A DNA stretch of 64,000 nt, taken from contig CANLXL010000004.1 of NCBI GenBank assembly GCA_947495125.1, forward strand, positions 84,322 through 148,321, given 5' to 3'. This DNA is from an uncultured Flaviramulus sp. Its GTDB lineage: Bacteria > Bacteroidota > Bacteroidia > Flavobacteriales > Flavobacteriaceae. Positions 42,436 through 51,504 of the stretch are shown here, piece after piece. The notes beneath the pieces were generated by a model. The model ran no database searches, was not told the origin of the DNA, and was given only the letters and a program-made list of their open reading frames with translations. The stretch's first letter is position 1. The number at the start of each line of letters is the position of its first letter. Made by a program: the position numbers and the translations under genes.

Positions 42436-43785
42436 ATGAGTAAGAAATCATGGCACTTAGATCGAAGAACATTTATAAAAGGAGTGGGAGCCGCTTGTAT
42501 GCTTCCCTATTTAGAATGTATGGGTATGGGGACACTTACAAGTTTTGCCGCACCCAAAGCCCCTAAAAGACTTTGTTTTTTATATTTCCCTAATGGTGTT
42601 AGTATGTCGCCGGGAGCAGATTCCAAGCATCAGCAATGGCATTGGTTTCCTCATACTACCGGTACTGATTATAAGTTTACCAACTCATTATCGCCACTGG
42701 AGCCATATCGTAAGAAGTTATCTGTTCTTGGGGGATTAAGTCACCCCAACAGTAGAAACGTTTTAGGGCATATGGCCGGAGATACCTTTCTTACTGGTGG
42801 AGACTTACGAGGCGATAAGTATTTAAATACGGTTTCCGTCGATCAGGTCGCTGCTAAAAGCTTGTCGAAATATACGCGAATACCATCGTTGTCACTCTCA
42901 ACTGATGGCGGCGTTGGTTATAAATCAAGGGCATCCACCTTATCATTTGATGCTACCGGAAAGGCGATTCCTTCAGAACATCGGCAAAGAGAAATTTTTG
43001 AACGTTATTTTTCACCAAATGGAGGTGCTACCTCTACCGAAAGGCGTAAAAGTTTACAGCAAGATAAAAAGATTGTCGATTTGGTTTTAGAAGACAGTAA
43101 ACGTCTTAAAAGGCAGTTAGGCTACAGTGATAATATTAAATTGGACGAATATATGTCCTCTTTAAATTCTATAGAAGAACAGGTAAAACGGAATGAAAAG
43201 TGGTTAGACATCCCGATGAAAGAATTTGATGCTTCTTATCTTAATTTAAATGTAGATGCCACGGTAAACCCTGAAGCGTATTTACGTTCTACGATGGATT
43301 TGATGATACTTGGATTCCAAACGGATATTACACGTGTCATGACTTATATGATGGGACGTGAAGATGGAATGGGACTTTTCGATGCCTTTCCAAAATTAAC
43401 GCTTAATATGACAGGGCATCATGGGATGACTCATGATAGAGCCACCGGCTACCAAGAGCGATTAGGTAAGTACGACCAATGGTTAACCAAGCAATTTGCC
43501 TATTTCTTAGACCGCATGGAAAATACGCATGACGAGCATGGTTCTTTACTCGAAAACACTTTAGTATTGTACGGAAGTGCTTGCTGTTCCACACACAATG
43601 CGAACAACTATCCATTAGTACTCGCAGGAGGATCAAAACTTGGTGTTAAGCATGGTTCTTATGAAGTTTTTGACCCTAAAAAAGTACACATGGCTAACCT
43701 TTTTGTTAGTATGCTTAATAAAATAGGCGTTGAAACAGAAAGTTTTGCAGACAGTACCGGAGAGTTACCTTCAATTTTATCTTAA
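42436..43785 (+). CDS. DUF1552 domain protein, Tat-exported
   Basis: Twin-arginine signal (LDRRTFIKGVGAA) and the GGLSHPNSRNVLGH motif. It is the canonical partner of DUF1592-family proteins. Starts 2 nt after the preceding stop. Confidence 0.85.
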   Translation: MSKKSWHLDRRTFIKGVGAACMLPYLECMGMGTLTSFAAPKAPKRLCFLYFPNGVSMSPGADSKHQQWHWFPHTTGTDYKFTNSLSPLEPYRKKLSVLGGLSHPNSRNVLGHMAGDTFLTGGDLRGDKYLNTVSVDQVAAKSLSKYTRIPSLSLSTDGGVGYKSRASTLSFDATGKAIPSEHRQREIFERYFSPNGGATSTERRKSLQQDKKIVDLVLEDSKRLKRQLGYSDNIKLDEYMSSLNSIEEQVKRNEKWLDIPMKEFDASYLNLNVDATVNPEAYLRSTMDLMILGFQTDITRVMTYMMGREDGMGLFDAFPKLTLNMTGHHGMTHDRATGYQERLGKYDQWLTKQFAYFLDRMENTHDEHGSLLENTLVLYGSACCSTHNANNYPLVLAGGSKLGVKHGSYEVFDPKKVHMANLFVSMLNKIGVETESFADSTGELPSILS

Positions 43786-43814
43786 TCTTTAAAGTTTTAC
43801 CCTTTTAATTTTTT

Positions 43815-45140
43815 ATGAACAACCGAAATAGTGCGCCAATAGTAAGTAAGAAACTGTTATTTCCATTTATTATTATAACCTCCTTATTTGCTTTATGGGG
43901 TATTGCTAACGACCTAACCAATCCTATGGTTTCGGCGTTTAAAAAAGTAATGCCCGAACTTTCCAACTTGCAAGCATCATTAGTGCAGTCCGCGTTTTAT
44001 TTTGGCTATTTTTTTATGGCGCTACCCGCGGCCTTGTTTATTCGAAAATTTAGTTATAAATCGGGTATTCTTCTGGGCTTAACACTTTATGCAATTGGTG
44101 CCTTTATGTTTTATCCGGCGGCAGCTTTCGAAAATTTCAACTTTTTCTTAATCTCATTGTGGGTAATCACATGCGGATTGTCATTTTTAGAAACTACGGC
44201 GAACCCATTAATACTAGCTTTAGGGGATAAAAGAACGGCAACTCAGCGGCTAAATTTAGCACAGGCCTTTAATCCTGTGGGATCTTTAACAGGAATGGTT
44301 ATTGCCCAGGTTTTTGTTATAGGCGCTATTCGTTCAGATGATTATACAGCTGAGGCCTATAGTGCGCTATCATCTAACGAATTGGCAGCAATAAGAGAAA
44401 ACGATTTGGGGATTATTAGTGTTCCATATATCAGTTTGGGCGTTTTGGTTTTAATCATTATGGCCATAATCATTTTTACTAAAATACCGAAGACCAAGCA
44501 AGAAGATAAAATGGGTCTAAAAGCCTCCTTTTCTAAATTGTTTTCAAATAGGAACTATTTAGGTGGTGTTGTGGCCCAGGCAGCCTGCGTGGGATCTCAA
44601 ATTATGTGCTGGACCTTTATATTTCAATATGTAGATAATTTAAATGAAACCTACGGGCTAAACATTACCGCCACTAATTATAACATCGCCGCTATGGTTT
44701 TATTCTTATCAGGCCGATGGATTGGAACCGGGTTAATGCGTAAAATAAATCCTTCCAAAGTATTGGCTATTTTTGGGTTTTCCGGTGCCGTATGCGCAAT
44801 TGGAGCGGTCGTATTACCAGGAATTGCAGGTTTAATTTCGTTGGTGGCCATCTCAATTTTTATGTCTATTATGTTTCCAACTATTTATGGTATAGCGCTT
44901 AAAGATATGGGTGACGAGGCAAAAATTGGCTCGGCAGGATTGGTCATGGCAATCGTGGGAGGGGCTTTTATGCCTCCGATACAGGCAGCTATTTTAGACA
45001 TGGGAGGTGATGGTTTTAATGATGTGACCTTTTTAGGGTACATTCCCGAGGTTAACTTTTCCTTTATTTTACCCATGATTTGTTTAGCCGTTGTTGGATT
45101 TTACGGTTATAGGACGATTAAAAAATTAAAAGTGGCATAA
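43815..45140 (+). CDS. fucP: MFS sugar:H+ symporter, L-fucose permease (FucP) family
   Basis: Strong resemblance to E. coli FucP over LVQSAFYFGYFFMALPAALFIRKFSYKSGILLGLTLYAIGA ... LETTANP ... RLNLAQAFNPVGS. The substrate is not proven. Confidence 0.8.
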   Translation: MNNRNSAPIVSKKLLFPFIIITSLFALWGIANDLTNPMVSAFKKVMPELSNLQASLVQSAFYFGYFFMALPAALFIRKFSYKSGILLGLTLYAIGAFMFYPAAAFENFNFFLISLWVITCGLSFLETTANPLILALGDKRTATQRLNLAQAFNPVGSLTGMVIAQVFVIGAIRSDDYTAEAYSALSSNELAAIRENDLGIISVPYISLGVLVLIIMAIIIFTKIPKTKQEDKMGLKASFSKLFSNRNYLGGVVAQAACVGSQIMCWTFIFQYVDNLNETYGLNITATNYNIAAMVLFLSGRWIGTGLMRKINPSKVLAIFGFSGAVCAIGAVVLPGIAGLISLVAISIFMSIMFPTIYGIALKDMGDEAKIGSAGLVMAIVGGAFMPPIQAAILDMGGDGFNDVTFLGYIPEVNFSFILPMICLAVVGFYGYRTIKKLKVA

Positions 45141-45149
45141 TAATTTTAA

Positions 45150-46169
45150 ATGTGTTTTTCTAAACCTTTTGTGCTCCTGATTTTTACAAGCGTTTTGTCT
45201 TTTCATATGTTTGGACAATCTGATTCTAATAAAGAAGCACAACGTTTAAGAGAAATACTGATGCCGTATTTTATTCCGGTTGAACATGATACGGCCTTTT
45301 TAAAGAATAATGAAAAGAAAATCAACTTAGGTAGGCATTTATTCTACGACCAAAGACTTTCTTCATCCGGAACAATATCGTGTAACAGTTGCCATGATTT
45401 ACAAAATTATGGAACCAATGGAACCTTCTATTTAGAGTCGAAAGATAAAGAAACCGTGTTTCGGGATATTCCAACGTTATACAATGTTTCCACCTTATCA
45501 ATGCTGAATACCGATGGAAGATACGATGTTATTTATGATAAAATAAGTAGTTCATTTTCAAGTATTTACGAAATGAATGTTAAAGATAAAAATGAAGTCG
45601 TTGAGAGGCTTAAAAGTATGGATGGCTATAAGAGCCTGTTTCAATCTGCCTTTCCCAATGATAATGAAGTAATTTCATTTGATAATATTGTAAATGCCTT
45701 GCAAACCTTTATTGAAGGATTAAGAACACCGGCTCCAATTGATAAATTTCTTAATGGAAAGGATAAGGCATTAACAAAGGCACAAATAGAAGGTGGGCAT
45801 GTTTTTAACTCTAAAAGCTGCTATTCTTGTCATACAGGGTCAAACTTTGGAGGGCAAATGATTCAGAAATTAGGCATAGCCGAAGACTGGCCAAATCAAA
45901 AAGATTTGGGCTATTATCGTGTAAAAAAGCTATCGGCTTATAAAATGTTTTTTAGAGTTGCTCCGCTACGGAATGTGGATCGCACTTCTCCTTATTTTCA
46001 CGATGGTTCCTCAAGTATATTGTGGATGGCCGTACAGCTTATGGGCAGGCATGAAAGAGGTTTAAGGATTAGTAAAGAAGACGCTATAAAGATCGAAGAA
46101 TTTTTAAAATCTCTTACCGGAGAAATTCCTTTAGACTATATTAAAAAACCAAAAGAACTATTAAATTAA
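45150..46169 (+). CDS. di-haem cytochrome c peroxidase (CcpA/MauG family)
   Basis: Two CxxCH motifs (CNSCHD, CYSCHT) plus PLRNV and PYFHDGS hallmarks. Has a signal peptide. Confidence 0.88.
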   Translation: MCFSKPFVLLIFTSVLSFHMFGQSDSNKEAQRLREILMPYFIPVEHDTAFLKNNEKKINLGRHLFYDQRLSSSGTISCNSCHDLQNYGTNGTFYLESKDKETVFRDIPTLYNVSTLSMLNTDGRYDVIYDKISSSFSSIYEMNVKDKNEVVERLKSMDGYKSLFQSAFPNDNEVISFDNIVNALQTFIEGLRTPAPIDKFLNGKDKALTKAQIEGGHVFNSKSCYSCHTGSNFGGQMIQKLGIAEDWPNQKDLGYYRVKKLSAYKMFFRVAPLRNVDRTSPYFHDGSSSILWMAVQLMGRHERGLRISKEDAIKIEEFLKSLTGEIPLDYIKKPKELLN

Positions 46170-46179
46170 AAAGCATAAA

Positions 46180-48084
46180 ATGAAGCTATTTTTTAAATTA
46201 TTGTGTTGTCTGTTGTTATTCGTTTTGGTATCCTGTAGTGGTACTAAAGAAAATAGTGTTACCATAGCCGGCAGTGAGAATCAATGGCCAATGTCAGGTG
46301 GCCCTGATGGTAGTTGGAAAGTTGAAACGGCATTAAAAGTACCTACTAAATGGTCTGTAAGAACCGGAGAGAACATCAAATGGAAAAAGACGCTCCCTGA
46401 AGGCGGTCAGAGTGGTATTGCTGTTTGGGGAGACAAGATATTCTTTACGATTAATCCACCAAATGATGATCCTAAACATGCTATAGTTTTAGAAGATCAT
46501 AAACACTCTAAACATGTATATGACTCCATATTTAATTTTGAAGTGAAGAACCTTTCAAATAAAAGAGATTTAAAGTTTCTTAAACTAAAAAGAGTTTTGA
46601 AGCGCTCTAAGAAAAAATGGCAATCCTTTTTAGAAAGCGATGAGTCGTATAAAGCCGCTTCAGATTCACAAAAAGAAAATATTTCCAGACGTTTAATGCG
46701 GAGGAGCGATATAGGAAAAACACATGCATCGAATCTAAAAGAATTTGACAATTATGTCCGGTCACAATCTAAATCATTGATGGCATCATTTCAAGCCTAT
46801 ATGAAGTTAACTCGAGATATTAAAGGCGGGGAGACTAGTAAGGATATTATTTTATATTGCTTAAACGCAAACAGCGGCGAGACTTTATGGCGTAAAACCG
46901 TTAAAGGTACTTTCGAGAGTCAGTACAATTATGGTTTTAGCGATGCTACGACGCCGTGTCCCATGACCGACGGAAATCATGTCTGGGCAATTAATGCCAG
47001 TGGAGGCATGGCTTGCTTTACTATGGCCGGCGATTTAGTTTGGGAACGCACCTGGAACCCTTCCGATGGAGGTAAACCCTTTAATAAACAGTTCGATTCT
47101 GTTCTTTTTGAAGACTTAATCTTAAATGTAGAACCACCAGAAGATACCGATACAACTAGAATTAAAGATTGGAATTATTTACATGCCTTTGATAAAAATA
47201 CGGGAGAAAGGCTTTGGGTTACTAAGGAAGCTTTAACCCATTATAACACACCAATTTTAGGAGAAACAAGCGATGGCAAACCGGCAATACTAATGGGACG
47301 CGGTGGCCCTCATGAAGTACCGGAAAGACCGGTTGGTTTGAGTTTGATAAGTTTAGATAATGAAAATCAAGGAAGTGCCTTATGGAATTGGGAGCCCAAA
47401 GAGGAAAACAACGTTTCCGGTTGGGGCGCATTAAGTACCCAACACTGGGATAGTAATAAGGCCTTATGGTTTTACAATAAAAATGAACACGGTACGATAA
47501 ATTCTAAAACAGGAGCATTTATTTCAAAAAAGAAATTGAATGTGGTTAGCAAGCGTCGGTTTGATACTGAAAAAGAGGAATATGTGCTAGAAGAGAATGT
47601 GACATTAGAACATCACGAAAATCAGCGTCATTGTAATATCTCCGTTGGTGATAATATATTTTATTTAGTGAGATACAGTCCTTTTATTGCACGACACAAT
47701 GTTATTACAGGAAAGAATGATCATATTGAACTGCCACATGAAATTGATGAAAATGGTGATTATATTTGGGGGGCACCACAAAAGAATGACGGTCTGAACT
47801 CTAAAGGACAGCTACATGCATTTGATTCGAGAACCTGGGGAGATGGCTTTCAAAAATGTTTTTTAGGATCTCCAACCATGATTAATAACTACATCTATTT
47901 TACAAACGCAATAGGTATGGTTTATGTTCTTGATGCAACAGCGGAAAGGTTTGACGAATCGGCCATTGTTGCTATAAATGATTTGGGAGAAAAGGGGAAA
48001 ACATGGACCGTGAATTCATTAAGTTTTGCAAACGGTAATCTTTATCATCGAACAATGAAAGAGATCATTTGTATTGGAGAATAG
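46180..48084 (+). CDS. lipoprotein with PQQ/BamB-like beta-propeller repeats and a Lys-rich insert, function unknown
   Basis: Lipobox (VLVSCSG). Repeated W-containing blade motifs (GETLWRKT, GDLVWERTW, GERLWVTK). 634 aa. Confidence 0.72.
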   Translation: MKLFFKLLCCLLLFVLVSCSGTKENSVTIAGSENQWPMSGGPDGSWKVETALKVPTKWSVRTGENIKWKKTLPEGGQSGIAVWGDKIFFTINPPNDDPKHAIVLEDHKHSKHVYDSIFNFEVKNLSNKRDLKFLKLKRVLKRSKKKWQSFLESDESYKAASDSQKENISRRLMRRSDIGKTHASNLKEFDNYVRSQSKSLMASFQAYMKLTRDIKGGETSKDIILYCLNANSGETLWRKTVKGTFESQYNYGFSDATTPCPMTDGNHVWAINASGGMACFTMAGDLVWERTWNPSDGGKPFNKQFDSVLFEDLILNVEPPEDTDTTRIKDWNYLHAFDKNTGERLWVTKEALTHYNTPILGETSDGKPAILMGRGGPHEVPERPVGLSLISLDNENQGSALWNWEPKEENNVSGWGALSTQHWDSNKALWFYNKNEHGTINSKTGAFISKKKLNVVSKRRFDTEKEEYVLEENVTLEHHENQRHCNISVGDNIFYLVRYSPFIARHNVITGKNDHIELPHEIDENGDYIWGAPQKNDGLNSKGQLHAFDSRTWGDGFQKCFLGSPTMINNYIYFTNAIGMVYVLDATAERFDESAIVAINDLGEKGKTWTVNSLSFANGNLYHRTMKEIICIGE

Positions 48085-48091
48085 TAAGTGT

Positions 48092-49126
48092 CTATTCTTC
48101 AATAATCTCGACCTCAAAAAGTTTATCCCAGCGTTTACCAGTAACAAAAATCGTTTTGGTCGCTGGGTTGTACGCAATACCATTTAAAACATCTAGTTTT
48201 TCGTGTTGGGTTACTTTTTCTTTTAAAGAAGAAAAATCAATAACGGCGATTACCGCCCCGTTTTCAGGATTAATAATAGCAACACCATCTTTTTGGTAAA
48301 TGTTCGCGTAAATCTGGCCTTTTACCCATTCTAATTCATTGATACGACCTATTTTGCCTTTATTGGTAAATACTTGTATAAAACCTTGTTCCACTAATGT
48401 TTCCGGGTTTAAAGACCATATTTTTTCAGTACCATCACTTTTGTAAATGGTAGTAATGTTGTTGCACAAACCCCAGCCTTCCTTACTGTTTCCATATTTA
48501 AAACTGCTCAATTTATCAAAAGTATTGACATCATAAACAAAACCCGTTCCTTCTTGCCAGGTAAGTTGATAAATTTTATCATTTAAAATAGTGAGTCCTT
48601 CACCAAAGTACTCATCCGCCAAATCTATATTTTTTATAATCTTACCGGTTTTATAATCTATATGTCTAAGTTTAGACTCTTTGTATTGTCCTGTACTTTC
48701 ATAAAGGTTGTCGTTAAAAAATTCAATCCCTTGGGTATAAGATTTAATATCATGCGGGTATTCATTAATAATTTCGAAGCTGTAAATTTTTGGGGCCTCG
48801 CTATTTAAAATGGTAACATTCGAACCTACCGTTTGTTTTTCATTATTAAAATAAACAGTGGCTTCCAATGATTGCTTGCCAAGTTTATTGTTTTGCAAAG
48901 AGATACTTTCTTCTACTCTTTTACCATCAAGGAAATAATGAATAGAGTCTATAGGATGCTTTTCCCTATTCTGAATGGATAATTTAAGCGTTTTATCGAT
49001 AGAAATATTGCCTTTTTCAGCATTAGTTTGTATTAAGAAATCACTTTTTTTCTGTTTGGAATTAGTACCACAAGAGAATAAGGCAATGCCTAAAAATATG
49101 ATTGTGAGAGATTTGAATATATTCAT
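48092..49126 (-). CDS. glutaminyl-peptide cyclotransferase (plant/bacterial beta-propeller type) with N-terminal extra domain
   Basis: Lipobox (ALFSCG). The C-terminal ~260 aa matches glutamine cyclotransferases (YPHDIKSYTQGIEF ... LYESTGQY ... LTWQEG ... GWGL ... LNELE ... NGIAY). Confidence 0.85.
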   Translation of the reverse strand: MNIFKSLTIIFLGIALFSCGTNSKQKKSDFLIQTNAEKGNISIDKTLKLSIQNREKHPIDSIHYFLDGKRVEESISLQNNKLGKQSLEATVYFNNEKQTVGSNVTILNSEAPKIYSFEIINEYPHDIKSYTQGIEFFNDNLYESTGQYKESKLRHIDYKTGKIIKNIDLADEYFGEGLTILNDKIYQLTWQEGTGFVYDVNTFDKLSSFKYGNSKEGWGLCNNITTIYKSDGTEKIWSLNPETLVEQGFIQVFTNKGKIGRINELEWVKGQIYANIYQKDGVAIINPENGAVIAVIDFSSLKEKVTQHEKLDVLNGIAYNPATKTIFVTGKRWDKLFEVEIIEE

Positions 49127-49202
49127 GTTTTGTTAAAACTTTCGACCAAGATATTTATTTAAAATCAGTTTAAAAAATCATTGTGAAAATTTTAAAAGGT
49201 TG

Positions 49203-49210
49203 TATCTTTG
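49203..49210 (+). promoter_or_regulatory. -7 promoter box TATCTTTG for the SRP RNA
   Basis: Matches TAnnTTTG, a few nt upstream of the predicted RNA 5' end. Confidence 0.5.
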
Positions 49211-49215
49211 CACTC

Positions 49216-49309
49216 GGCAAGTCCTACACAACCAGCTCCTGTTGAATCCTCCAGGGCGGGAACGCAGCAAAGGTAAACGGTTGTAGCGGTGTGATGTAGG
49301 TAGCTTGCC
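49216..49309 (+). ncRNA. ffs: signal recognition particle RNA (small bacterial 4.5S type)
   Basis: Terminal helix GGCAAG...CUUGCC and CCUACA...UGUAGG. Domain IV-like core CCAGGGCG-GGAA-CGCAGCAAAGG (GNRA tetraloop plus conserved AGCA). Followed by a T7 run. Lies in an otherwise non-coding gap. Confidence 0.8.
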
Positions 49310-49386
49310 TTTTTTTATGCACTAAATTTAAATTTTCTTATCGTTTTACGATGTTGTATTTTGGTGCTTTATTATTTGAGTTTCGT

Positions 49387-50190
49387 ATGTCTAAAGTTGT
49401 CTTAATTACAGGAGGTTCATCAGGAATAGGAAAATCTATTGGTGAATATTTGACCGAAAGAGGTTTTATAGTTTATGGAACAAGCAGAAATCCGGAAAAA
49501 CATACAGACAGTAAATTTAAGTTACTGCGCTTAGATGTTAAGGATGTTAATGTTATAAAAGATGCAGTAGAGGCCATTATAAACTTAGAAGCTAAACTCG
49601 ATATTCTTATTAATAATGCAGGAGCTGGTATTACGGGCCCTATTGAAGAGATTCCTTCAGAAGAAATAAGAGCAAACTTCGATACGAATTTCTTTGGTCC
49701 TATAAATGTTATAAAAGCCGTTTTACCTCAAATGCGGGCACAACATTCCGGACTTATCATTAATGTAACTTCAATTGCGGGGTACATGGGATTGCCATAT
49801 CGTGGCGTTTATAGTGCAAGTAAAGGCGCATTAGAGTTATTGACTGAGGCTTTTAGAATGGAGTTAAAGGATTTTAATATAAAGATGACCAATGTGGCTC
49901 CCGGGGATTTTGCGACCAACATTGCAGCAGGCCGCTATCATGCACCGCTTATGGGGCATTCACCATATAAAGAGCCTTACGGAAATACACTAAAATTGAT
50001 GGACGAGCATGTTGATAGTGGAAGTGACCCAAATATGATGGCCAAGGCAATTTTTAAGATTATAAACAGTCAAAACCCTAAAGTACATTATAAAGTAGGG
50101 GAGTTTATGCAAAAGTTTTCTATAGTTCTTAAGCGCATACTTCCAGATAAGATTTATGAAAAGCTACTTATGAATCATTATAAACTCTAA
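49387..50190 (+). CDS. short-chain dehydrogenase/reductase (SDR) family oxidoreductase
   Basis: TGGSSGIGKS cofactor motif, NNAG, and YSASK catalytic motif. I prefer the start MSKVVLITGG (49387) over 49351, which would almost abut the SRP RNA terminator. Confidence 0.88.
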   Translation: MSKVVLITGGSSGIGKSIGEYLTERGFIVYGTSRNPEKHTDSKFKLLRLDVKDVNVIKDAVEAIINLEAKLDILINNAGAGITGPIEEIPSEEIRANFDTNFFGPINVIKAVLPQMRAQHSGLIINVTSIAGYMGLPYRGVYSASKGALELLTEAFRMELKDFNIKMTNVAPGDFATNIAAGRYHAPLMGHSPYKEPYGNTLKLMDEHVDSGSDPNMMAKAIFKIINSQNPKVHYKVGEFMQKFSIVLKRILPDKIYEKLLMNHYKL

Positions 50191-50241
50191 CATTTTTTTG
50201 GTATGCTGTTTGATATATGATTGCTTTAAAAGTCATATTTT

Positions 50242-50667
50242 ATGAAACAACCCTTACCCATATTTATTTTTATTTCCTTTTTTTTAATTACGAGCTGTGA
50301 AGACACCTTAGATTGTATTATTAATGTACGGCCCGTATTGGCTCATAAATCTTTAGAAACAGGATTAGTAGGAAGATATTATTCAGATGTTATTACCGCT
50401 GAAATTAAAAACGAACCTAGAGATAACGATTACGATTATTTTTTTGATATAAGGGGAAATATTCCCGAAGGTGTGGAAGTTATATTCGATTATAGAGAAG
50501 TGATTATTGAAGGTACTCCAACCCGGTCTGGAAAATATACGTTTACTATCTTTCTAGATGTAGATCCACATTATAGTTATTATTACGATGATTTTGGTAA
50601 TGAGAGATATGACGATGCGTTATGTACAGATAATACATCGAAAACCTATACCATTCTTGTTCGATAA
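50242..50667 (+). CDS. hypothetical lipoprotein
   Basis: Lipobox (FLITSCED). 141 aa. No family recognised. Confidence 0.65.
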   Translation: MKQPLPIFIFISFFLITSCEDTLDCIINVRPVLAHKSLETGLVGRYYSDVITAEIKNEPRDNDYDYFFDIRGNIPEGVEVIFDYREVIIEGTPTRSGKYTFTIFLDVDPHYSYYYDDFGNERYDDALCTDNTSKTYTILVR

Positions 50668-50762
50668 ATTTGTTAATAGATTTTAATTAAAAGCTGTTTT
50701 CGAAGCACTTTAAAGTTGTAAATTCGCCAAGAAATTTATACACAACGAAACATATAATTACC

Positions 50763-51416
50763 ATGAAATTTTTTATTGACACCGCCAACCTTGATCAAAT
50801 TAAAGAAGCCCAAGACCTTGGTGTACTTGATGGGGTAACAACAAACCCTTCTTTAATGGCTAAAGAGGGTATTACAGGGCATGATAATATTTTAAAACAC
50901 TATGTAGATATTTGTAATATTGTCGATGGCGATGTGAGTGCAGAAGTTATTTCCACGGATTTTGAAGGCATGGTTAAGGAAGGTGAAGCATTGGCAGAAT
51001 TACATGATCAAATTGTAGTTAAATTGCCAATGATAAAAGATGGTGTTAAGGCCTGTAAGTATTTCTCTGAAAAAGGCATACGTACCAATGTGACATTGGT
51101 ATTCTCTGTAGGACAAGCACTATTGGCCGCTAAAGCCGGTGCTACTTATGTATCTCCGTTTATTGGTCGCCTGGATGATATCTCTACTGATGGATTAAAT
51201 TTAATCGCAGAAATTAGGCATATATACGATAACTACAGTTTTGATACTGAAATCTTAGCCGCTTCCGTACGTCATACTATGCACGTTATTGATTGTGCTA
51301 AACTAGGCGCTGATGTCATGACCGGGCCTTTAAGCTCTATAGAAGGATTATTAAAACATCCTTTAACAGACATTGGGTTAGCGAAGTTTTTAGAAGATTA
51401 TAAAAAGGGAAATTAA
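50763..51416 (+). CDS. fsa: fructose-6-phosphate aldolase / type 3B transaldolase
   Basis: [16 protein letters not shown]...GVTTNPSL...VKLP...NVTLVFS...[11 protein letters not shown]. Typical 217-aa Tal/Fsa. Confidence 0.92.
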   Translation: MKFFIDTANLDQIKEAQDLGVLDGVTTNPSLMAKEGITGHDNILKHYVDICNIVDGDVSAEVISTDFEGMVKEGEALAELHDQIVVKLPMIKDGVKACKYFSEKGIRTNVTLVFSVGQALLAAKAGATYVSPFIGRLDDISTDGLNLIAEIRHIYDNYSFDTEILAASVRHTMHVIDCAKLGADVMTGPLSSIEGLLKHPLTDIGLAKFLEDYKKGN

Positions 51417-51445
51417 GCTATTATTAGTTTATAAGGATGGATAAT

Positions 51446-51481
51446 AAAAAAGCCTTAGGTTATTAAACCTAAGGCTTTTTT
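51446..51481. terminator. bidirectional intrinsic terminator
   Basis: AAAAAGCCTTAGGT / ACCTAAGGCTTTTT stem flanked by an A-run and a T-run, between convergent genes. Confidence 0.85.
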
Positions 51482-51504
51482 ATCTGAGGTATTAGTTTTA
51501 TTAA

